A stretch of 64,000 nucleotides of DNA, from assembly GCA_024227565.1 (NCBI GenBank), contig JAAEUE010000303.1, forward strand, positions 5,292 through 69,291. Reading direction: 5' to 3'. A model generated the notes under the pieces. The model did no database searches, was not told the origin of the DNA, and worked only from the letters and a program-made list of their open reading frames with translations. The DNA comes from Alphaproteobacteria bacterium (lineage in GTDB: Bacteria > Pseudomonadota > Alphaproteobacteria > Rhizobiales > CAJQND01). Shown here piece after piece: positions 57,233-64,000 of the stretch. Numbering within the stretch: position 1 is the first letter of the stretch; the number at the start of each line of letters is the position of its first letter. A program made the translations under genes and the position numbers.

Positions 57233-58729
57233 TCAGCTCTCGTGGCGGGCCAGAACCGAGCGAACGGCTTCGACCAGGTCGGCCTCGGGCACGGAAAACT
57301 GTGCCGGCCGGCCTTCGCGCCAGGCCTTGTTGTCATCGATCTCTTCGGACAGTTTTGCCCCTTCAATCAGGTCTTTGATCTGCAGCTCGCCGGCGGCCAG
57401 CTCATCTTCACCCTGAATGACAACGCAAGGGGCGCCGCGCTTGTCGGCATATTTCATCTGCGCCCGCATGCCAGATCCACCCAAATACATCTCCGCCCGC
57501 ACACCTTCGTTCCGCAAGCTCTGCACCATGCGCTGATAGTCTGCTTTGCGTGACGGATCCATGACGAGAACAATCACCGGTGCGGACACAGCGTCGCTGT
57601 CCAGCTTGCCGAGATGATCCAGCGCCGTCATCAGGCGCGACACACCGATGGAAAAGCCGGTGGCCGGCACTTCGATGCCCTTGAAGCGCGCGACAAGATC
57701 ATCATAGCGGCCCCCGCCGCCCACTGAACCAAAGCGCGCGATTTCGCCGTCCTCGGTCTCCGCCTCGAAGGTCAGCTCACATTCAAACACTGGCCCGGTG
57801 TAGTAGCCAAGACCGCGCACAACGGCCGGGTCCAACATGATGCGATCGGCGCCATATCCCGCCGCATCGAACAGGCCCGCCATTTCTTCAAGCTCCGCCA
57901 CGCCTTGCAAGCCCGTTTCGCTTTGCCCGACCACGGCACGCAGGTTGTTCAAGACCCCTGCAGCCTCCGGCGCCCCGGCCTCCACAAAGGCTATCACTTG
58001 GGAAATCTGCGCGTCCTGCAGACCTGCGCCCTTGGTGTAGTCGCCACTCTCGTCCTTGCGGCCCTCTCCCAGCAACAATCTCACCGCATCCGGACCCAGC
58101 CGGTCCAGCTTGTCGATGGCTCTCAGCACCGTGAGGCGCTGCAGTTCGAAATCTGAGCCGTCCTGGGCAATTCCGATACTTTCCAGCACCCCGTCCAGAA
58201 CCTTGCGGTTGTTGACCTTCATAAGATAGGAGCCACGTGGGATGCCGAGGGCCTCCATCGTGTCTGCGGCGAGCATGCAGATCTCCGCATCCGCCGCCGG
58301 AGTGGGTGTGCCCACAGTATCGGCATCAAACTGCATGAACTGGCGATAACGGCCAGGCCCCGGCTTTTCGTTGCGGTAAACGTAGCCCACCCGGTAGCTG
58401 CGATAGGGCTTGGCAAGACCATCGTAGTTTTCGGCCACATAGCGCGCCAGCGGCGCCGTCAGGTCGTAGCGCAGCGAAAGCCACTGCTCGTCTTCATCCT
58501 GAAATGAGAACACACCCTCGTTGGGGCGGTCTTCGTCCGGCAGGAATTTACCCAGCGCGTCGGTATACTCCATGGCCGGGGTTTCCACCGGCTCAAAGCC
58601 ATAAAGCTCATAGACCTCTTCAATCGTGGCCAGCATGCGCTTCAGCGCACGCAGTTCGCGCGCATCCACATCGCGCAAGCCCTTGGGCAGCCGCGCTTTA
58701 GGCTTAACCGGTTTGTTTTTCTTTGCCAT
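57233..58729 (-). CDS. hisS: histidine--tRNA ligase
   Basis: [21 protein letters not shown]...[12 protein letters not shown]...GGGRYDDL. About 498 aa from the internal Met. Confidence 0.92.
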   Translation of the reverse strand: MAKKNKPVKPKARLPKGLRDVDARELRALKRMLATIEEVYELYGFEPVETPAMEYTDALGKFLPDEDRPNEGVFSFQDEDEQWLSLRYDLTAPLARYVAENYDGLAKPYRSYRVGYVYRNEKPGPGRYRQFMQFDADTVGTPTPAADAEICMLAADTMEALGIPRGSYLMKVNNRKVLDGVLESIGIAQDGSDFELQRLTVLRAIDKLDRLGPDAVRLLLGEGRKDESGDYTKGAGLQDAQISQVIAFVEAGAPEAAGVLNNLRAVVGQSETGLQGVAELEEMAGLFDAAGYGADRIMLDPAVVRGLGYYTGPVFECELTFEAETEDGEIARFGSVGGGGRYDDLVARFKGIEVPATGFSIGVSRLMTALDHLGKLDSDAVSAPVIVLVMDPSRKADYQRMVQSLRNEGVRAEMYLGGSGMRAQMKYADKRGAPCVVIQGEDELAAGELQIKDLIEGAKLSEEIDDNKAWREGRPAQFSVPEADLVEAVRSVLARHES

Positions 58730-58828
58730 GGAACTGGTCTTTAATGAGCGGAGAAAAGGGTCTGCGCGGGTTCTATCTGATCGCCCGGACGGCGGCAAGG
58801 TGAACAGCGCAAATACCCTGCCTCCTAT

Positions 58829-59221
58829 TTAAGCTTTCAGCCAGCGCTCAATGTCGCGGCGTTCTTTCTTTGTGGGCCGCCCGGCACCACTTTCACGGTG
58901 GCCGGGATCGTTGGATCGGGCTTCGTCGCTGGATTTCTCTTCCGGCGGGCTGAGATCCTCATAGAGCGCCTGGGCTTCAGGTGCGGGGCCGCGGCGGGCA
59001 CCGATTGCGACGATCTGGATGACCCTGAGCCGCTGAAAGTGGGTGAAGGTCAAGACATCTCCAGCTTGCACCACGTGGCTGGGCTTTGAGACCTTAAGCT
59101 TGTTGACGCGCAGTTTGCCAGTTGAGACGAGTTCGCTGGCCCGGGTTCTGGTTTTCACAATCCGTGAGAACCAAAGCCATTTGTCCACCCGTTGCCGTTC
59201 AGACTGCCCTGCTTCGCTCAC
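58829..59221 (-). CDS. S4-domain RNA-binding protein (Hsp15/HslR-like)
   Basis: 130 aa. QRVDKWLWFSRIVKTRTRASELVSTGKLRVN. The GTG start overlaps the helicase stop (GTGA). Confidence 0.8.
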   Translation of the reverse strand: MSEAGQSERQRVDKWLWFSRIVKTRTRASELVSTGKLRVNKLKVSKPSHVVQAGDVLTFTHFQRLRVIQIVAIGARRGPAPEAQALYEDLSPPEEKSSDEARSNDPGHRESGAGRPTKKERRDIERWLKA

Positions 59222-62088
59222 CCGTTGCCTTTCTTCTCCAACTCAGCCTTAAGCGCACCAAGGGCGGCAAAGGGCGAATCCTTGTCGATCGGTTTCTCTG
59301 GAGCTTTCTTGGCGGGCCTGGTGTTGTTGTTCGCTGCCCGGCCCGGCTTGCCGCCCTGCTTTTTGTTGTGCTTCTGATGGGGTTTGCCAGACTTTTGCCG
59401 GCGTTGATCAGGTTTCTGACGACCGCCTTGCCGGTTGCCCTGGCGCTTGCCACCCGGCCACCAAATTTCAAGCATAACAGGCGGCTCATCAGCCTCTGGC
59501 GCCTTTTCAGCCGGTGGGTCGCTAGCGGCAACTTCGTCCGCGGCAGGGGCTTCACTCTCAACAGCCGCAGCGTCCTCGGATGCAGGGGCTTCGGCAGAGG
59601 CTTCTGCCGGCGCCTCTTCAGCCGGTTTTGGCTCCACCTTCACCGGGCGCCGCTCGAGACGATAGCCGAGACCCTTCAAGATGGAGGAAAAGTCTTCCCC
59701 CGAACACCCCACCAACGACATCATATCCGGTGTCACTGTGAAGCCGCCGCCCTGGATTGAGCCAACCGGACGCTCGTCGCCCTCTTTTTCCGGCTTCCAA
59801 TAGATGCACGGCCGGATCAAATCAGCCAGGCGCTCCAACATATCGATGCGCACAGCCCGCGAGCCGCAAATGCGGTAGCCGACGGAACGATAAAAACCGT
59901 TAGGGGTCGACCGGTCAAAAGCCACCGACGTGAGGCCCTGCCCGGGTGGTTCCGGCAACTTGTCGAGCGCGATCCGGGCGCTCGTATCCGGTTGGGCGGT
60001 TTGCCACAACGCCCACAGCAGAAGCTTCAACTCTGCAGCCGCCGGTTTAAGCAGCATGGGCATGAACACATGATAGGCGCCAAAGCGCACCCCGTAGGGG
60101 CGCAAGGTGCCGCGTGCGGCCTGATCAAGCGCCTTAACCTCGTCAGCCACCTCGTCGCGCACCAGAACGCCCAGGTTTTCGGTCAACTGAAAAGCCAGCC
60201 CGCGCGCCAGGCCCGCCACATCGTCTGCTGCGGCCAGCTTAACCAAAGGCTCCAGCACCGTTGCAATCCGGTCGGTCACGAAGGTCTCGACCCGGCCTTG
60301 AACCGCAAGTCTGTCCGGACCCTCCAACTGATCGATGGCCAAAAGCTGAGTTCTGGGCTTCAGAATGTCCGCGCCGGGTTCAAGCTGAGCGATCTTTGCG
60401 CCCAACCACTCTACGGCCCCGTCACGCTTCAGCAAAAACTCAGCGTCCGGCGCGCCGATGCAAGACTTCGCTCGGCTCGAAATCTCCGCAGCGATTGCCT
60501 TCAGCGAGGCCGCTTTCAGGGCCTTTGCCTGACTGTCTGTGGCGCTGTCATCGGGCACAAAACGGAATCCCGTCATTTGCCCGATAAATTCACCTTCAAC
60601 ATGAATGTCGCCGTCTGACGAAACCGACGCCATCAGCTGTTCCTTCTCACGCATCCGTTTCATCAGCACACTTGTGCGCCGGTCAATAAACCTCTGTGTC
60701 AACCGCTCGTGCAAAGCATCCGAAAGTCTGTCTTCGATTGCTTTGGTATGCTGTTGCCACCGGTATGGATCACCAAGCCAATCTGGTCTGTTCGCAATGA
60801 ACGTCCAGGTTCTGACATGGGCAATCCGTCCCGCGAGCGTGTCTATATCACCATCGGTGCTGTCCGCATATGACAATTGGCGTTGATACCAATCATCTGG
60901 CACTCGTCCGGCGGAGGACATTAACGAGCGAAAAACCTGTCCTACGATGCGGGCATGTTCGCCGCTGGTGATGTTCCGGTAGTCGGGGATCTGGCACACA
61001 TCCCACAGCATCTGCACATCAGCTTCCGACGTGACCATGTTGCGAATGTCAGGCTCGCGCATCATCATCTCAAGCGCCTGCACATCATCGCCGCCCATGG
61101 CGCGGGTCAGCCCCTTGGTCTTGGGCAAAATGAGCAACGAGCGCATCAAATCGTCCAGGGAAGAATGGTCCAGGATGCGGTTGCGCCACTGGATCACGCG
61201 CACAGGCTCAAACTTGTGGTCTTCAATCCGGCTCACAACCTCGCCTTCAGGCGGCTGGGCTTCACCGGTGATGCCGAAGGTGCCGTCTTCCATATAACGT
61301 CCGGCCCGCCCGGCGATCTGCGCCAATTCTGCCGGATTGAGGTCGCGGAACATGCGTCCGTCAAACTTCCTGGTGGCCGCAAAGGCCACATGGCTGACAT
61401 CCATGTTAAGGCCCATGCCGATAGCATCGGTGGCGACGATGAAATCCACATCACCGGATTCAAACAAGGCAACTTGCGCGTTGCGCGTGCGCGGGCTCAA
61501 CGCCCCCAGCACCACCGCAGCCCCGCCCCGCTGGCGGCGGATCAACTCGGCAATCGCGTAGACAGTCTCTGCGGAGAACGCCACAACGGCAGAGCGCGGC
61601 GGCAGGCGGGTGATTTTCTTGGTGCCCGCATAGGCAAGCTTGGAAAAGCGTGGCCTCGTGACGATGTTGAGCCCAGGCAGCAGATCGCTCAGAAGCCCCC
61701 GGACCGTGTCGGACCCCAGCAGCATGGTCTCTTGGGTACCGCGAGCGTGCAGAATCCGGTCTGTGAAGATGTGACCCCGGTCGAGATCTGCAGCGAGCTG
61801 CACCTCGTCAACGGCAAGAAAATCGACCTTCAGGTCCCGCGGCATCGCCTCAACAGTGCAAACATAGAAGCGCGGCTCAACCGGGACGATTTTTTCTTCC
61901 CCGGTGATCAGCGCCACGCTTTCAACGCCTGTGCGCTCACAGACCTTGTCATAAACCTCCCGGGCGAGCAGGCGCAAAGGCAGGCCGATCATCCCCGATT
62001 CATAGTCGAGCATGCGGGCCACCGCGAGGTGGGTCTTGCCGGTGTTGGTAGGTCCCAAAACGGCTGAAACATTTCGCGCGCTGTGCAT
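59218..62088 (-). CDS. Suv3-like ATP-dependent helicase (helicase-related protein) with a basic low-complexity C-terminal tail
   Basis: Walker A LGPTNTGKTH, DEVQL box, and a helicase C region. The last ~110 aa are Lys/Arg/Gln/Gly-rich. I prefer the ATG at 62088 over the TTG at 62121. Confidence 0.85.
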   Translation of the reverse strand: MHSARNVSAVLGPTNTGKTHLAVARMLDYESGMIGLPLRLLAREVYDKVCERTGVESVALITGEEKIVPVEPRFYVCTVEAMPRDLKVDFLAVDEVQLAADLDRGHIFTDRILHARGTQETMLLGSDTVRGLLSDLLPGLNIVTRPRFSKLAYAGTKKITRLPPRSAVVAFSAETVYAIAELIRRQRGGAAVVLGALSPRTRNAQVALFESGDVDFIVATDAIGMGLNMDVSHVAFAATRKFDGRMFRDLNPAELAQIAGRAGRYMEDGTFGITGEAQPPEGEVVSRIEDHKFEPVRVIQWRNRILDHSSLDDLMRSLLILPKTKGLTRAMGGDDVQALEMMMREPDIRNMVTSEADVQMLWDVCQIPDYRNITSGEHARIVGQVFRSLMSSAGRVPDDWYQRQLSYADSTDGDIDTLAGRIAHVRTWTFIANRPDWLGDPYRWQQHTKAIEDRLSDALHERLTQRFIDRRTSVLMKRMREKEQLMASVSSDGDIHVEGEFIGQMTGFRFVPDDSATDSQAKALKAASLKAIAAEISSRAKSCIGAPDAEFLLKRDGAVEWLGAKIAQLEPGADILKPRTQLLAIDQLEGPDRLAVQGRVETFVTDRIATVLEPLVKLAAADDVAGLARGLAFQLTENLGVLVRDEVADEVKALDQAARGTLRPYGVRFGAYHVFMPMLLKPAAAELKLLLWALWQTAQPDTSARIALDKLPEPPGQGLTSVAFDRSTPNGFYRSVGYRICGSRAVRIDMLERLADLIRPCIYWKPEKEGDERPVGSIQGGGFTVTPDMMSLVGCSGEDFSSILKGLGYRLERRPVKVEPKPAEEAPAEASAEAPASEDAAAVESEAPAADEVAASDPPAEKAPEADEPPVMLEIWWPGGKRQGNRQGGRQKPDQRRQKSGKPHQKHNKKQGGKPGRAANNNTRPAKKAPEKPIDKDSPFAALGALKAELEKKGNG

Positions 62089-62252
62089 TTCCCAAACCCT
62101 TTGTGGCGGATGATGTGTCAAAGCCGTTTCAGAGCACGATGAGTTAGGCGGTTCCAGGCGTCACTGCAAGGCCGCAGGCCTAATTTGCCCCCAATTTGAG
62201 CGTTCGCGGATGCAAATATGTGATTCACTCGTAGATTGTGTTTTAACAACCG

Positions 62253-62267
62253 GAACGAGTCTAGAAC
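62253..62267. promoter_or_regulatory. candidate alphaproteobacterial LexA (SOS) box
   Basis: GAACGAGTCTAGAAC fits the GAAC-N7-GAAC direct-repeat consensus exactly. It lies about 165 nt upstream of the helicase ATG. Confidence 0.3.
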
Positions 62268-62289
62268 AAACCAAGCCCGAATCGCTGAC
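62253..62289. repeat. direct repeat copy 1 (starts with GAAC-N7-GAAC)
   Basis: GAACGAGTCTAGAACAAACCAAGCCCGAATCGCTGAC. It aligns to copy 2 with 29 of 37 positions identical and one 1-nt gap. Confidence 0.6.
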
Positions 62290-62471
62290 TCTCACAGAAT
62301 CATCATTTGTTCACGCCACATCTTGGCCCTTTGCAAAAATTTATCTCAACTTATCCACCGATTGAGTGGCACCCGCGATAATCTGAAGATCATCTTGTTA
62401 ATTCAAATGAACAACCGATTAACGCCCTGCGTCAGCAGAACAGCGATTTTCCCTTATTTTATTAACACTTA

Positions 62472-62507
62472 GAACGAATGTGAACAAAGCTAGTCCGAAT
62501 CACTTAC
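62472..62507. repeat. direct repeat copy 2 (GAAC-N6-GAAC)
   Basis: GAACGAATGTGAACAAAGCTAGTCCGAATCACTTAC. Confidence 0.6.
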
Positions 62508-62656
62508 GTCCGGGTTTTCTTGGTTTGTTCGTATGATATTTTGTGCCGCACATATGCGCGGGCACCATATATGGACCGGCAATTTGGAGGGGGCGTCGGA
62601 GCCACCTGAAAAAGGTTAACCGCACGCTCCAAACTGAATCAAAAGTTCGGTTTTGC

Positions 62657-63568
62657 TCAGTTTGTGGCAAGCACGCGCTTCGAAATGGGCTTGCCTGAAA
62701 CTGAGCCTTGGCTCAGGCGCATGGTGAAAGCCTTGCCTGACACCTCACCGTTTGCAGCAATGGGGACGAAAAGATTGCGCCCCTGCCCTGCAATGGGCGC
62801 AAACCACACAGTGAACGAGGAGGGTGGTTTCTGATCCTGCACCTTCTGCTTTTTGGCAGACAAGCCGGCGATCGTGCGATATTTGAGCGAGCACTTAAAC
62901 GCCTTGCCGCGATAAACTCCGCCGGTGCTGCGGTTGAAGGTCGAAACTCCTTGAAGTGAGTAGCGGTATTCAGCCACCTGCCGGCCATTGTAAACCCGCT
63001 CTGTGCCGCCGCAGGGTTGCTTTGCCGACCGGGCAACCATCTTCATCAGATAGCTCAGCGGATCGAGCATGCCAGGACGCACAACCTTGGCCAAGCTCTT
63101 GGCCTTGTAGGGGTTCAGCTTGAAATTCCGCTTCACCTGGTGCTTGCCCTTGCCGGTCCAGTTCATACGAACTGAACGCTTCTTTCCTTTTGATTTGGAC
63201 TTGGTGGAAAAATTCAAGGGCACAATGGTTTTACTGTTGCGCCCGGCGGCACTCATATTGATCTTGGTTTTCGCAAACAGGCTGGCCACACCCTTGCTCT
63301 TAATATTGGTGTGAATGGCATAATCGGCGTCCCCAATTTCCATGCCCATGGAAATTTTGAAGATGCGCAGGCTACCTGCATAGACATCGAAAGAGAGCGC
63401 AACGTTATCCCTTGCGCCAGCGGCAAAGGCCGCACCAGCAGGTAGGCTCATGAGCGCCGCCAACGGCAGAACCCGGACAATAGAACCTAGACCTTTGGCC
63501 CTAACGTTGGTGTTTTTCGATGATATGGACATAGCAGTCATTCTTCCCAGCATTTGCGGCAATCTCAT
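62657..63568 (-). CDS. DUF3108-like secreted protein
   Basis: 303 aa. Signal peptide ...LPAGAAFAAG, then a beta-rich Lys-rich sequence (DVYAGSLRIFKISMGMEIGDADYAIHTNIKSKG...). Several candidate Met starts. The family call is from memory. Confidence 0.55.
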   Translation of the reverse strand: MRLPQMLGRMTAMSISSKNTNVRAKGLGSIVRVLPLAALMSLPAGAAFAAGARDNVALSFDVYAGSLRIFKISMGMEIGDADYAIHTNIKSKGVASLFAKTKINMSAAGRNSKTIVPLNFSTKSKSKGKKRSVRMNWTGKGKHQVKRNFKLNPYKAKSLAKVVRPGMLDPLSYLMKMVARSAKQPCGGTERVYNGRQVAEYRYSLQGVSTFNRSTGGVYRGKAFKCSLKYRTIAGLSAKKQKVQDQKPPSSFTVWFAPIAGQGRNLFVPIAANGEVSGKAFTMRLSQGSVSGKPISKRVLATN

Positions 63569-63694
63569 GCCTGCAGATATGGTGTGCCTCTCGAAAGGTC
63601 AATGGACTATAGTGTGAACGCAGATTGGGGCGAAAGTCCGGCTGCGTTCCTGACTGCAAATGCGCGAAATTCAGGAAAATCGCGCTGTTCAGGC

Positions 63695-63723
63695 TTGACG
63701 TTCGCGCTGTGAACCCATATAGG
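63695..63723 (+). promoter_or_regulatory. sigma-70-like promoter candidate upstream of rpmB
   Basis: TTGACG (63695-63700), 17-nt spacer, TATAGG (63718-63723). Confidence 0.3.
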
Positions 63724-63734
63724 AACCCGACTCT

Positions 63735-63766
63735 GGCAGAGCTTTGCGGCTCTGCCGTTATTTATT
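63735..63766 (+). terminator. intrinsic-terminator-like hairpin in the rpmB leader region
   Basis: GGCAGAGC-TTTGCG-GCTCTGCC followed by GTTATTTATT, 12 nt downstream of the candidate -10. Confidence 0.5.
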
Positions 63767-63838
63767 GGCGCGGGCCTTTCTGTTATTGGGTGTACCGCCG
63801 CCAGATGCAAACACACTGAGCACACTGGAGCTTCAGAT

Positions 63839-64000
63839 ATGGCCCGTCGTTGCGAGCTAACCGGAAAGGCCGTGCAGGCCGGAAACAACGTGAGCCACGC
63901 TCACAACAAAACACGGCGCAGGTTCCTTCCGAACCTTTGCGACGTTCACCTGTTGAGCGACACGCTCGGCCACTCTGTTGCCCTTAAGGTGAGCGCAGCT
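63839..64000 (+). CDS. rpmB: 50S ribosomal protein L28 (5' part; runs off the window end)
   Basis: [33 protein letters not shown]... GGAG RBS at 63826-63829. Confidence 0.9.
   Translation, partial: MARRCELTGKAVQAGNNVSHAHNKTRRRFLPNLCDVHLLSDTLGHSVALKVSAA

Noticed and set aside
60955-62067. 370-aa ORF antisense to the helicase gene (similar cases at 50816..51766, 40157..41305 and 3021..3905)
   Set aside because: These are GC-rich antisense open frames. In every case the opposite strand has a confidently recognised gene.
62351-62359. DnaA-box-like TTATCCACC suggesting a replication origin
   Set aside because: Only one box is present. There is no cluster of boxes, no AT-rich 13-mer array, and none of the usual oriC neighbours (hemE, dnaA, parAB). 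I keep it only as a detail of the intergenic finding.
62236-62472. 78-aa ORF inside the AT-rich intergenic region
   Set aside because: It has a TTG-type start, no RBS and a codon composition unlike the rest of the window. It spans the direct repeats and is more likely non-coding.
63631-63641. GAAAGTCCGG string reminiscent of the RNase P RNA conserved core
   Set aside because: The surrounding sequence lacks the other conserved RNase P blocks, and the intergenic region (270 bp) is too short for an approximately 400-nt RNase P RNA.

Overview
This is a 64-kb chromosomal segment of roughly 60% GC, by eye. Its gene content looks alphaproteobacterial (Rhizobiales/Hyphomicrobiales-like): hisS-hisZ-hisG, CIRCE-controlled groESL, DUF1127, DUF2059, DUF3108 next to rpmB, and a Suv3-like helicase coupled to an S4/Hsp15-like gene. 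I can support about 60 protein-coding genes, mostly housekeeping or catabolic. They include cimA, cysS, class II DAHP synthase, gor, rpiA, gabD, gph, a GlpD-like dehydrogenase, a five-gene Liv-type ABC transporter, acyl-CoA dehydrogenase, thiolase, an OtnK/OtnC acid-sugar cluster, an ADH/enolase-superfamily/beta-hydroxyacid dehydrogenase cluster and rmuC. I found no rRNA, tRNA, CRISPR array, transposase, integrase or recognisable defence system, so the window reads as core genome rather than an island. Nothing here can be claimed with confidence as a new system. The best candidates are: (1) a terminator-bounded two-gene module of a diheme cytochrome c plus a 715-aa secreted protein that carries a degenerate CxxCH motif and a DUF4384-like C-terminus; (2) a single 679-aa protein that appears to fuse TPR, DXD-glycosyltransferase-like and sulfotransferase-like regions; (3) a 669-aa SH3b protein ending in an Arg/Cys-rich triple repeat; (4) a 568-bp AT-rich, GANTC-rich intergenic region with two 37-bp imperfect direct repeats built on GAAC-N7-GAAC (alphaproteobacterial LexA-box-like); (5) a promoter-like plus terminator pair upstream of rpmB; (6) two adjacent frameshifted genes at 653-2343. 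All functional calls rest on my recognition of motifs in the translated ORFs. No database search was run.
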